From: Takakia lepidozioides
Taxonomy: Eukaryota; Plantae; Bryophyta
DNA length: 64,000 nt
Direction of reading: 5' to 3'
NCBI GenBank assembly: GCA_030704615.1
Contig: CM060732.1
Location: forward strand, 18,724,001-18,788,000
The notes beneath the pieces were generated by a model. The model searched no databases and was not told where the DNA came from. It saw nothing but the letters and a program-made list of their open reading frames with translations. Positions 33,417 through 45,826 of the stretch are shown here, one piece after another; position 1 is the first letter of the stretch, and each line of letters begins with the position of its first letter. The translations under genes and the position numbers were made by a program.

Positions 33417-36400
33417 TGATGAGTGAGGGGAGTTCAGTGACATCACCTGGACCTCCTGAATTAGCTCCTGTGGACACGGTGCCCATTACCTGGCAACCAC
33501 CTGACTCAGGGATTTGTTTGCTAGACCTGTTTGGAGGCATGAACACTGGGCTTGCAAGAGTGTTGCAAGCAGGGTTAAAGTACGCAAGTACGTGTATGTG
33601 GAGAAGGATGAGATAGCTCGGCGTATTTCTATACGCCACATCGCCTTGCTCACACACCGGTATCCTGAGTTGTTGTCTCTCTCAGCAATTCAAGGGTATC
33701 AAAAGGCCTTGCCAGCAGACATTACCTTGCTTGGGGCGGATGATTTGGACCGGCATGGTGCCATTGACTTGGTGATAGCCGGATGGCCTTGTCAATGACA
33801 CTCTCCCGCAGGTCATGGGAATGGTTTGCATGATGCACGATCGCATTTGTTTTGGGAGATGTTGCGAGTGTTGCGGGACTTGAAGACGAGGCAAGTGCAA
33901 CCTCTAGGCTATATCTTGGAGAATGTTCCTCTTATGGGGGATTCTCGGGCCAAGGTTATGGCCAGTGTGCATCAGGTGCGGTCTTGGATTGGATCGGCAG
34001 TGCTATTGGATGCAGCAGCGGTGGGATCACACGCGCATCGACCTCGATCGTGGTGGACCAATCTTGCACCACCAGAGCTACTCAAGAGAGCATACGATTC
34101 CATTCAACGACCACCCAATCTCACGGTTGAGGGCATTTTGGACCAAGTGAGACAACCACAGAGGGTGTGACATGATGACCGTTTACCTCTAGCAGTGGTC
34201 AATCGAGTGGGGCAGCCACGTGCGGCCTTGCCTACGCTCATGAGCTTTCCCTCGTCTCATGCTTTTCGAGACAATGGTCCTGGATTGATTTGGGACTGTG
34301 TGCTACATCAATTTTTGGAGCCCAATGCGGATGAGCGAGAGCGGGCAATGGGTTTTAACACGGTCACTACAGATGTGTCAGCTCTGTCAGAGGTATCACG
34401 CCGCCAAGTGTTGGGTCAAGCAATGGATCTAAATTGCTTGACATGGATAATTGGCTTGTGCATGGCCGAGCAACGGAGATTGCAAGCATTGGTGGCTACT
34501 TCTGCACTCCCATTGGATAGTGCATCCTCCCTGCCAACCGGGACGGTTGAGGCAGTGAGTGGGGGCGAGCATAGGATCGTGGGTTGCAAACACCCATGGC
34601 AGATGTGGGATGAGATGCGCAAAGAGAGAGTCATTGGATCTCTCAAGCAGCAGTATGAGGAGTGGGGAGAGCCATAGACTGAGGATCAGTTGGAGGCCAA
34701 TGTGGCCAAGGTTTTTGAAGAGATTGAGAATGTTTCTTGCTCAGAGGATGTTCTCAAGGTGGCTATGGCGAAGCAAGTGGAGGCTACGCCATAGTTAGAT
34801 TGGGCGGACAAGGCCCAAGAGGTTGCTATCTAGCAACCAAATGATTCGTCTCCTACCTCCAAGCCCGGTGTACCTAAGGTTGCAGTCACTGAGGACAATT
34901 GGGAACCAGATGTTGGACCTACAGTCACCGGAGGAGAGAGACAGAGGATCCAACGATTTCTAAGGGCTTATAAGAATTGCTTTGCCTTCGGATTGAAGGA
35001 TTTGGGGAGTTTGAAGGGTCAGGAGATTCGTATTGATTTGGCAAGTGACATGCCAATCTTTCGAAGGCCCTACCGGTATAGTGACATGGAGAGGTCATTG
35101 ATCCAGTCACGGACTATGAAGTTGTTCGAAGCTGGATTGGTCTAGTTGTCAGGCGGGGAGTATGCCTTGGCAACGGTGATGCCAGCTAAGAAGGATATCT
35201 ATGGCAATTGGACAGAAAGAAGGATGTGTGGGGACTATCGTCCTGTGAATCGTCAGACTAAGTCCGATAGATATGCCATGCCAACTCCAGAGAAGATCTT
35301 TGATGCCATTGGGCATGCAAAGGTGTTTAACACATTGGACTTGCAATCCGGTTACCACCAGTTGCCAATCAAAGAGGCTGACAAGCAAAAGACGGCATTT
35401 GGGGGATTGACCAACATGAGAAGGATTGTTTGTACCAATGGCGATTCTTACTGTTTGGGTTGAAGAATGCTCCTGCAGAGTTTTAGAGAGTCATGGATAG
35501 GATTCTCGCGGGGCTAGACTTTGCCCGATGCTACATTGATGACATCATTGTCTTTAGTGCTACGGTTGAGGAGCATGAGAGACACCTTCAGGTGGTGTTT
35601 GAGTGCTTGAGAGCGCATGGGTTGAAACTGCACCCCGGAAAGTGCAAGTTCTTCCACAATTAGATTGAGTATCTGGACCACATGATATACCCTGGAGGAT
35701 TGGGTGTTCAACAGACAAAGGTGGAGGCCATTGCATGCATTCCACGCCCCATGGATGTGAGCAGAGTTCGTGCTTTCATGGGATTGGCAAACTACTATCG
35801 ACGGTTTGTCAAGGGATTTAGCAGCGTTGCAAAGGCTCTTACCAAGTTGACCAAGGTGGGTTAGGAGTGGCAGTGGGAGGAGGAGTAGGAGAAAGCCTTT
35901 GAGGAACTCAAGGCTCGATTGACTTCTGCACCTATTCTGAGGCGGCCTTTCCAGCTACATACGGATTGGAGTATGTTGGGGATTGGAGCAGTGCTCACAC
36001 AGGTGGATGATGAGGGAAGAGAGTTCATAGTGGCATATGCTAGCCGCTCGAACAATGATGCCGAGACGAAGTATAGTTCCTATGAAGGGGAGTGTCTAAC
36101 TGCAGTATGGGCAGTGACACATTTCAGATGCTACCTCTATGACAATCTCTTCACCCTTGTCACGGATCACCAACCATTGAAGTGGTTGATGGAGTCAGAC
36201 AAGCTTACAGGGAAGCTTGCACGGTGGGCACTTATGCTTCAAGAGTACGACTTCCAAGTGGTGCATCGAGCCGGTATTGTCAATCGGGATGCAGATGGAT
36301 TGAGTCGTAATCCATGCACGAGCGAGCATGATGATACTGGAGCTCGGTGGCATGATGAGACGGATGAGGAGATGGTGCCAGGATGGCATGCATCGGCCTT

Positions 36401-37960
36401 TTTGTGTATTCTAGCAATGGGAGCTCAAGCTGGTCAATCCCATGTGATTGATCATGTAGATAGTGTGCATGACGATCCAGAGACTAGTGAGGAGTTTGGT
36501 GGTGCTAAGGATGTGCATGAAGATGCAACAGTATTGGCATACCTTCGTACCGGAGAGGCAGCAGCTAGTGTGACTGTTAAGGAGAGAGATCGGGTCCTAC
36601 AACGAGCCAAGAGGTTCAAGTGGGAGGAGACTCACCTACTCCGGGTATGGGAGGATGGACGAGTGAGGATTGTGCCTCATCCAACACAACGAGCACGATT
36701 GGTACGCCATGCCCATGAGGAGTTGGGACATTTTGGGATGCGGCGCACTCATAGTTTGCTGCAAGGGCAGTATTGGTGGCGATGCATACACACGGATGTG
36801 CAACAGCTAGTGGCAAGGTGCATGGTGTGTGATAGAGTGCGGGCTTCTTTCAACGCCCCTACTTCACAATTACATCTTTTACCCATTATGGGTTTGGGCT
36901 ATCGTTGGAGTCTTGACTTCACAGGCCCATTGTCACTGACAATTCGCCATAACAAGTATGTGCTGGTGATGGTGAAACACTTCTCCAAATGGATTGAACT
37001 GGTGGCATTGCCTGACAAGGCAAGTGAGGGGGCTGCGTATGCATTCTTAGATCGAGTGCTTAGCCATTTTGGTGCTCTAGCCGAGGTACTCACGGACCAG
37101 GGGAAAGAGTTCTTGGGAGAGTTTCAGGCTTTGTGTGAGCAAGCCTTGATATATCACCGCACTACTTCTCGGGATCATCCCGAGGCTGATGGCTTGGCGG
37201 AGAGAGTTGTTCAGACAATCAAGAGAGGTTTGCGTAAGTACGGTTTGCAGAAGGGACACCTAGGAGATTGAGACCTTCAATTACATTGGCTAGCTATGGG
37301 CTATAGGTTCAACAAACAAGCTTCACTTGCCTCCTTCTCACCTTACTTTCTTCTCTTCGGCCGAGAGCCGGATTTGTCTGCATCTATTCGCAGGGAGGCT
37401 GCAATAGTTCTTAACCTTAATGATCCGAATGTGTGGACACAAGCATGTGCCCAACGGGCAGAGTTGTTCAAGAGAGTCATGCCTATGACTTTTGAGAACC
37501 TTGCTATTGCCCAACACCGAGACATATTGAGGTACGCCACTATACGTGGAGGGGGATATCAGCCAAGTGTTCGGCGTTTCCACCCTAAGGACTATGTGTA
37601 TCTGCAGCAGACAGCACCTACGACCTTGGATGTCACAGCAGGACGTGTGATTCTAAGGGTGAGGGAGGTGTTGCCTTCAGGAGTGTTGATTCTGGAGGGT
37701 CAAGATGGCATGGTATGGAAGGACCATGTGCGCAATTGTGCGCCATGTCACCTTCCACATGTGGATGGGATGATAGATCCCAACCTTGCAGTAGTACCTG
37801 CAAGGTTGCGCTGCATGCTATGTGGGCATGCTGGTGGCGCCGCAACCATGTTGGTGTGAGACAAATGCTCAAGGGGATGACATATGGGATGTTTGACACC
37901 GTCACTTGACGAGGTTCCTATCGGAGAATGGTTGTGTCCACGATGCCTTGGACAAAGGTA
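33417..37960 (+). pseudogene. Element A pol 3' part: DNA methyltransferase (~33509-34470), RT, RNase H, integrase, PHD (37812-37946); multiple stops and frameshifts
   Basis: LDLFGGMN, YVEKD, AGWPCQ, YILENV, AHRPRSWWTN, ERERAMGF, RRQVLGQAM. Also YIDD, LHTDWS, WSLDF/LTDQG/DGLAER and CMLC...WLCPRC. Collinear with element B. Confidence 0.95.
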
Positions 37961-38203
37961 ATGGGCATGACAATGGTGAGGCAGACAAGTGATCGGGGCT
38001 TCAATGCCATGGATACTCAACTGAAGATCATGGATTGCATGAAGGCGACTAACGAAGGGGCTACGTTTGCACCCGACCTCTTAATCTATCGACCTCAGGT
38101 GTTGGGACTTGTGCGATTGAAGACCAAGCGACGATCTTATTGGGGTGGATACTTGCAAGCTATCCGGTGTTAGAGGGACCTAATCACTAGCTAGGGGGGC
38201 GAT

Positions 38204-38722
38204 TGTGGCATGGCTTTCTAGGACTATATGCTAGGAAGTGTGGTTGGACAGCGATGTATGTTGTGGCACGATGCTTAGGTGCACGACAGCTGTCATGGTT
38301 TTGTTTGTGATTAGTTAGAAATAGTATTTCTAGCTAATTATGACATTATACATTTATATTTGTATTTTGTTGGCATTGGGACTTCATTTGGTTCCATGTG
38401 CCAAGTGAGGAGGGGAACCTCACTTGGGACGTGGGGAGGTTATCTCCACGTGAGACGTAGGCAGGCTCGTCTTCTTCTAGTCGAGCCTCCCGAGGCCTCT
38501 CTCGCAGCCATAACTCTAGTACTTGAGATGGAGAGTGGGTGAGGTCTGTATGGTGGAGTCTTTTAGCAAAGGTGCCATTGGCTTGACTTATATAACGTGA
38601 TAGAGTGGTTTCTCCTATTTTCACCATTTCCGTATCATTGTGGCGTGGCTTTCTAGGACTATATGCTAGGAAGTGTGGTTGGACAACTATGTATGTTGTG
38701 GCACGTGCTTAGGTGCACGACA
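38204..38722 (+). repeat. Element A right end: B1 (38204-38288), GC, A2 (38291-38637), T, B2 (38639-38722)
   Basis: B1 and B2 both read TGTGGC.TGGCTTTCTAGGACTATATGCTAGG...GTGCACGACA. A2 matches 3762-4109. Confidence 0.95.
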
Positions 38723-40073
38723 AACGAGTAGTTGTTGTCTCCTTCTTTCGATGCTTCTATGAAAAGCTGCAATCAAAACCCTCCATACCTTTCGAGCTTT
38801 ATACAACAGTTTGAGTGAGCTCTGTATAATATTACTCTAAGAGCATCCCCACTCTACGCCTCTCTGGACCCCTGCACCCGTACTTCTCGTATACAGGTTC
38901 AGATTTCCCTCAAAACGTACCACACCCAAGCCTCACTATTGTATATGCCATAAAGGGTGGACCCTAAACCCCTTCTCTTTCACTGTATCCGTGCACGATA
39001 TACAGTGACCTAAACTCGTTCCTCAACCGAGCGTCCCGACCATGGATATGTCAGAGCGTGCCTCCCAGCCTCTCCCTTCAATGATGAAGGCCCCCGGTCG
39101 GTGGGGAACATGATCGAGGAGCGTATGAGAACGTCGCTAGGAACTCAAGCAAGGCGGGAACATAGGATACAGGGGTGTAACGAGGGGCAAGGGTGTGGCT
39201 ACGAGCAGCCGACCCCTTCACACACCTTTCGAGAGTCCTGAACCACCTCCTTCAAAATAGCCATAGAAGGGCCATTTCAGTGAGAAGGGTGGGGATGCTC
39301 TAACACTTGGAAACGATCCATCAAAGACCAGGGAACATCTAGCTTTCCATATATTCCAAAGAATGTGGGCACGCAGAGTAGCCCAGACAGGAGAGCAGCT
39401 CCATAGAGAATCATCGTAGACATTGAATAGAAGGACAGAGGGATGGAAAGAGTAGTTGGTCAGCAGAGGAACCCAACCATAAGGGGTTTAGCTGCTGATT
39501 GGAGGGCAAGGCTGTGAGCAGAATCCAAGACGGAGGAAGGTGTCTAGTGACAGTCTCCCAACTCGTAGAGGCCCTATGAGCAGATAATTGAGAAGTGACA
39601 GTTTGCATCGGCAAGAGGGAGCTATGGTCCTAGATAGTAAGCCCATCATTTGGAAGATGCTATTAACATTTCAGGATCCCTATTGTAGTTTCCAAACAAG
39701 GGTTGTCTCAAGACCTCATCAGCCGATGAAGGGGCTTATTCAGAGAGACATGGTCTGAAAGCCATGCACTCCACAAAGATTGCCACGCCTTGGAACCTGC
39801 AGGCAGGGGTCTGGGGGGGAAGAACCTTGAACAATCCACCTAAGAGATATTGGCCAAATCTTAGAGGAAGCCGGAACAGCGGAAACGATATGTTCTTTGA
39901 CAAGCATACTCCAAGGGCCAGTAATGTGGGTAAGAGATCGTGGCACCCATTTAGCCAGTAGTGCTAGAATATGAGATTCAGAATCAATAATACCCAATCC
40001 GTCAAGCGTCTTCTTTTGTGTGATCCAACTAACAAGGGCCCTCCGGTTAGGCATGGAAGGGGAGGCTCCCCAT

Positions 40074-42182
40074 CAGCGTTTTTTTTCTTGGCGAAATTTC
40101 GCCAAATTTCGACCTCAACAAAGGAAAAAAAAAAAAAAAAAATGTCATTCACCAGAAACGGATGGATGAGTGGGGCCTTGTCGCCACTGCATGGATGTGC
40201 CTTGGACATGTGTCGTCTGCTTGTGGCAAGGCTCTGACACATGGAGGGGCCACATGCGAGGGCACGGGATTAGGGATTCGCAGCTTCCCCCAAGCTTGCA
40301 CTGCCAGATATCACCAGCGTTTTCCTCCTCGACCGGGTCTTCATTATCGCCATAGCCGCCTCATACATGACACCATTAATTCACCGTTCCCAAGAGTTAT
40401 GTAGAGAGAGTGATTAGGGGCGTATGTGGATTGTGGGGGATTTTGGGTTAGTGGTTTAGGGATTCTGCAAGATTTGTGGATCTTCATGGAGCCGAAGTTG
40501 GAAGCAGGAGAGCGGCCGAGGAGGAGGCACTCCAGGCTGTCAGTGCGGTCTCTTCCGCCTTTCGATTTGGTTCAGAATCAGATAAGTCTCTCACAGCCTC
40601 TGGTTCTTTATTTGTGGTCAATGTATGAGGGTTTCTGCAGCTTGTGGGAAACAATGATTTGATTTAGGGGCTGCACTATCCCACCTTCTTCATCAGATCT
40701 GTCATGGCTCCTTTAAAGGTACCCGTCAACTTCAAATACAAATATTTTTTCAGTGATCGTGTTCCACAACCCACCGACTTGGCATCCTCAAGCCATAGTT
40801 CAGCCTGTTAAGTCGCAAAATCAGAAGCAACCATTGTCGACCCTGCTATCGCTGAACGTTCTGGAGGCCTCCAGGAAGCGAAAGAAGATATATGAACAGA
40901 ATCATGTGTTCCAAGATAGTTGGGCCTGCAAACTGTTGTGGGCTGGATCTGTAGTTGGAGAAGATGCAAAGGTCCATCAAGTCCGCTGGAAAGTATGCAC
41001 TCGCATAGAAGGCCGTGACAAGCTTAAGAAAACCAAAGTTGGATTCACTGTGGAAGCATGTAGGGCGCAGGAAGGCTTTAGTGGCCATGCCTCAAGTTGC
41101 AGTGGGAGATTATTACTTCGTAAGAACCAACTTGCATGTTCAGAATGAGAGATTGTATCCTGCCGCTGGTGGGGATATTGTGGTGCAGCAGGTTATACAG
41201 GGTGTCACTCTTGAAAAGAAAAAGAAGTTGGTACAATTTGCTCTAAGTTTTCACTTGTTGCAGCGAGGGCGCCCAATGACTAACTTTGAGGCCTCACAGT
41301 CTTTGTTTGCCTTTTTGAAAGTTCCTGATAATCCAGCCAAGCATTGGTCGAACAATGCAGGTTGGGAGATGGCTGATTGCATGCACAAAATTATTTGCAA
41401 GCCACAAAACAGACTGTGCAGGCATCCAAGTTTGTGGCCTTCAGTGCAGATGATGTCACAACCATAGATAATCAGTCTTGGTTGTCAGTGTATGCGAATG
41501 TGGTAAAGAACTGGAGGCGTGTTCCTGTATTGTTGACACTTGAACGCATGGTGGAAGAGGGCAATGCAGATAACATTAAGGAAATGATTTGGGGTTGGCG
41601 GTCTGACAGAGGACCAAATTGGAGAGCGACTGATGTGCATGGGGGCTGATGGTGTGAATGTTTTCCAGGGCATAAGGACTGGAGTCACAGTTCAGCTTAG
41701 GGATAAGCATGCTCCATACATGTTTGGAGTCCATTGCATGACTCATAGAACCAATCTGGCTGTGCAAACGCTGTCCACGCTGCCCATGGTTTCAAAGACG
41801 GAGGACTTGCTCACTGCCTTGTACGGATATTTCTCTAGCTCTCCAAAACGTCATCTTGAATTTACTAAGCTTGCTGAGATCGTGGAAACATAGGGACTCA
41901 ATGGTGACAAACACAAGTAAAATGTCAATCCATTCACCACACACAGAATTTGGGAAGGACAGGATTCGCCAGTGCATACCTACTTTGCATTATCCTTGTA
42001 TGCCACTTGGAGCAGCCTTCAAATTAACACATTCGCAAATTACGCCCATGTGCTGAAACAAAGAAGCCAGCAGTTTAGAACAATATTACCCTTGAGAAGC
42101 CAGAACTGCCCAGCTGGCAGGGATGAGGCTGCCATTCGTGCTCCATTCGATTTTTTAAAAAAAAAGAAAAAAAAAAACGCCG
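40074..42182 (+). mobile_element. Defective hAT DNA transposon (ZNF862-like transposase remnant ~40880-41890) inserted in the LINE
   Basis: TIRs CAGCGTTTTTTTT / AAAAAAAACGCCG. Degenerate 8-bp TSD CTCCCCAT / CTTCCCAC. Peptides FQDSW...W, ADDVTTIDNQS, GADG..VFQG...GV and HCMTHRTNLAV. Confidence 0.85.
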
Positions 42183-43202
42183 CTTCCCACATAAAGTTTC
42201 AAACATTTGATTTGCTTTGATGATGACTGAGCCAAGAAACCATACAGAGGCAATAAACTAGGTTGAGGCAAGAAGGATTTGGTTCAGGATGAGGGCTCTG
42301 CCCGTGATTGAAAGGTGGATTAAGCTCCAGAGCCAGTTTCCTTTTTAGGTCAGTAAGAACAGAGGAGCATCTTTGCAGATCAGTAAGGTCATGCCCAATT
42401 AGTTGACCCAGTAAGGAGTGAGATTGACCAAGTAAGGAGTGAGATTGACCATCAGGAAGCCAAGATAGGCCAAGGTTGTCACCCCAGGGATCACAGTGTG
42501 CAGCTGTAGTAGAGTCATTTGAGCGAGAGAGGAGACCCACTGATTTCCTCCAATCAATAGGGAGCCCTTAGGCCGAACAGAATGTAGAGAGAGCTTCTAA
42601 TGAACAAGTGACATTGAGAGATGTATTGTTATCGATGAGGAGTACGTTGTTGTCAGCATATAAGGAAGACTTAATGGAGAAGGAGAAGGAGGGTGGAATG
42701 GATCTAGGCACTCTCAGCCCCTTAATATCATGACGTGATTCCAGCGGATGACCCAAGCCATCTGTTGCAATGAGGAATAAAAAAGGAGCCAACTATAATT
42801 TTCCATAATCATCAAATCAAACTCTGAAAAACCTTGGGACTTCTTGTGTAGGTCGCACAGTGGACTTTTTCTAGCCACCGTAGCTTGCTTTCACCCAGTG
42901 CGTTGTTGTCAGCATATAAGGAAGACTTAATGGAGAAGGAGGGACATGGAATGGATCTAGGCACTCTCAGCCCCTTAATATCATGACGTGATTCCAGCAG
43001 ATGACCCAAGCCATCTGTTGCAATGAGGAATAAAAAACGAGCCAAGGGGCCCAACCCTGTCGGACGGATATGTGTAGCGGGAAGGACTGGGAGAGAGCTC
43101 CATTGACAGAGACTTCCCTAGAGCCGGAGGATAGAAGAATTCAATCCAGGAAATGAATGGGCCTGAAAATGCCCGATTTTTCCAATGCACAAAGATTGAA
43201 GG

Positions 43203-43472
43203 ACTCTTATCCATGAAAAGGGCGACAGAGATCTGATTACCAATTACGGACCCATTACTCTTCTCAATTCGTCGTACAAGATTATTGCTAAGACCTTAGC
43301 ATTATGTCTTCAGCCTCTTCTCCCGAAGCTCATTCGCCCGGAACGGACTGGCTTCTTGAAAAAATGAATGATACTGGATAATGTTCTATTAGCTAATGAA
43401 GCTATGCACCATACCTATAATTCAAATAAGCCCTTGGCTATGCTAATGCTCAATTTTGAAAAAGCTTTTGAC
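43203..43472 (+). other. Inverted internal segment of the LINE RT region
   Basis: The plus strand reads NYGPITLLNSSYKIIAKTLA...ILDNVLLANE...LNFEKAFD, while both flanks encode the adjacent LINE ORF2 parts on the minus strand. Confidence 0.8.
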
Positions 43473-44782
43473 TCCTTGCGAAAGCTGAGAGGGCATGATG
43501 CCTTTGAGGAGGACGTCATTAGCCTGCATGGCAATGAAGTCTTCACCCACATCTTGCCAAAGTGTTTTAAAGAATTCCACCGGAATACCATCTAGGGCAA
43601 GAGCTTTGAGAGGGGCAAGTTTCTCCACAACTACAAAGAGTTCCGCCTGAGTTCCGCGACTGTAAACGAGATAGAGAGCGAAGTTTGGTCAGTGGTCCAG
43701 AGAGAACTATCTGGATTGTGTTCAAAACTAGAAGATGACTTGCAATTCGTTTCAGGGGAATCGTTACAGGCCCCAAACAACTTAGAGGAGTAATCCGCAG
43801 CTAGAGATGCCATATCTTTGGGAGAAGAAATAGAGGAGCCAACCCCGTGACGAAAAGAGCTTTATGGAGGTAGAGGCTTGACGTTGCTTAGCTTTCTGAA
43901 AGAAGTATGATGTCATCTTCGCACCTTGAAGTGACCAATTGACCCCAACTTTACGCTTAAGTGCCAGCTCCTTGGCACTTAAAAGCTTAGCGAGGTTTCG
44001 CTTAGCCGTGTGGTAAGAGTCGAGCATTTGGGGACCAAACTGATTTGATTCAATGACACGCGCTCTAGGACCTTGTAACTTTTGGAGAAATCTCAACGAA
44101 GAAGAGACAGAACCATTGCCAGATTCTCGCCAAGTGGATGCTAGATCGGAGACCAGAGAAGGGAAGTTAAGGATTGCAGGATTAAGTATAAAGTAGCCGC
44201 GACGCTTTACGTGCACTCCAGGGAATGAGAGGGAAATGGAAACTTGAGCGTGATCGAAGTTGGAAAGAATCGGACTTTGAGGAGAGAGCTTGGTCCAATG
44301 CAAACAAGCATGAGACGGCCAGTAAATCCTATCTAACCTAGCCATAGAGAGATCAGGCGGGGGTCTATTGTTAGACCAAGTGAATCTCAGGTGATTAGGA
44401 TCAGGGAGGGAGACATCGGTTAAACCGACAAAGAAACAAAGTTGGTCCCAGGCATTCCGTTCATCAATGGACAAAACATTGATCAGAGGAAACATAACAA
44501 TCCGTTTCAACCATATTGAAAACACCAGAAAAAATCCAATATAAGATAAGGGGATTATCCAAAACCTTGGTACGAAGGAGAGACCACATCTCGGTTCTCT
44601 CGGAGGCTTTGTTCGAAGCATCAATATTAATAAAATTACCACTTAGAGCTCTGAAAGGAGAAGTCTGAGAAGTGATCGCACATTGCACCCTTCCTTGAAT
44701 CCACATTTCCACCTTAAGAAAAGACTTGACCAATGCAAGAGAAATAAGAATTGTTGTGCCACCACGCGAATCTGCGATTGTA

Positions 44783-45826
44783 CACTACACCGTTTGCGGG
44801 GGGGGGGGGGGGGAGGGGGGGGGGGGGTCTATTCGACGATTTCAAGATCCGCGGCGGATGCAAATATGCGACGTAGCCAGGTCGTCGCATATGCACGACT
44901 TAAAGCGACGCCGCGGAGGTTCCACATCCAACCCCCCTGAAAATCCCCACTAGCGACGCCCCAGGCGTCACAATGACTACAACGCCCGGGGCGCCGCCAT
45001 AGTGATATAGACGCACGAAAAAGAAAAAGAAAAAGAAAAACGTCGTTAATTAGAAGCGATGCCCTGGGGGTCGCTAATTGGAGCGACGTCATGGGGGTCG
45101 TTTTTTAGTTTTGTATTTTGAATTCAAAAAATGGCGGAACACACTTTTGCCACGTAGTGGCAACATCAAATTATTGTCAAACCTAACCCATGAGCATGTG
45201 TTTGCAAGTAGCCAACACGTATCGAGTTCCTAAATCATTCAACGTATTGTTAGGCAAATTTGAACTCTAGACCTCTAGATTATACACACAGTAAGAGACT
45301 TCACACTAACCAACATATCACTTACAAAACTTACACATAATTATATGATTTAATTGTATATAAAGTAGTTCATGCAAACATCGGTTGCTCGTCGGGACCT
45401 CAAAACGACACTCCTGGCGTCGCTCAAATGTAAGCGTCAGGCGTCGCTAAAAATGACTTAGCGAAAATTTAAAAAAAAAACTCAAAAAGTTTTTTTTCCC
45501 GGGGTGCTTGAAGCGACGCCCTGGGCATCGCTAGGGCGCCGCTAGCTCCCAACCGACGTCCGGAAGGTTGCACCAGGGGCCGATCCCCAGTGCGTTACAG
45601 CTGGTCTGCGACGTTTTTTTTTAATTTTACTCAGATGCGATGCTTTGTAGGACTTGGCCAAAATTCACATTTTTGTGGATTTTGGCATTATTTCTACGAC
45701 GCCCAGTGCGTCGCAAGTGGTCGAGCAACGCCTAGGGTGTCGCAAGATGGGGCACGGCGGGGGCGTCGCACAGGAGAGGCGACACGGGGGGACAGACGTC
45801 GCTAAACCCCCCTAAACGTAGTAGTG
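44783..45826. mobile_element. Non-autonomous CACTA element (~1.04 kb) inserted in the LINE endonuclease
   Basis: Ends CACTACACCGTTTGCGGGGG / CCCCCCTAAACGTAGTAGTG. 3-bp TSD GTA (44780-44782 / 45827-45829). Many subterminal GCGACG/CGTCGC motifs in both orientations. Confidence 0.92.

Larger units (their letters stand above)
3760..38722 (+). mobile_element. Ty3/gypsy retrotransposon A with split direct repeats, encoding a DNA methyltransferase and PHD finger (~10.7 kb without nested inserts; decayed)
   Basis: Repeat A1 3762-4109 matches A2 38291-38637; B1 38204-38288 matches B2 38639-38722. PPT AGCTAGGGGGGCGAT lies just before B1. Termini TGTC...GACA. Flanking duplication AACG (3756-3759 / 38723-38726) if the left end starts TG-TGTC at 3760; alternatively a 6-bp AACGTG/AACGAG. 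Internal gag-pol remnants are in gypsy order. Confidence 0.93.

Noticed and set aside
27452-37960. Classifying the elements as DIRS/PAT/Ngaro because of the split repeats and a methyltransferase
   Set aside because: They encode an aspartic protease and an HHCC/DDE integrase, and I see no tyrosine recombinase. The MTase is a C5 cytosine type (PCQ/ENV), not the adenine MTase-like domain of DIRS.
3762-38637. Treating A1/A2 as an ordinary LTR pair
   Set aside because: The PPT precedes B1, not A2. No TSD flanks A2, and host sequence resumes only after B2. The same holds for element B.
27452-38722. Tandem segmental duplication of a pol region
   Set aside because: The two pol regions are substantially diverged and belong to separate nested elements, each with its own terminal repeats.
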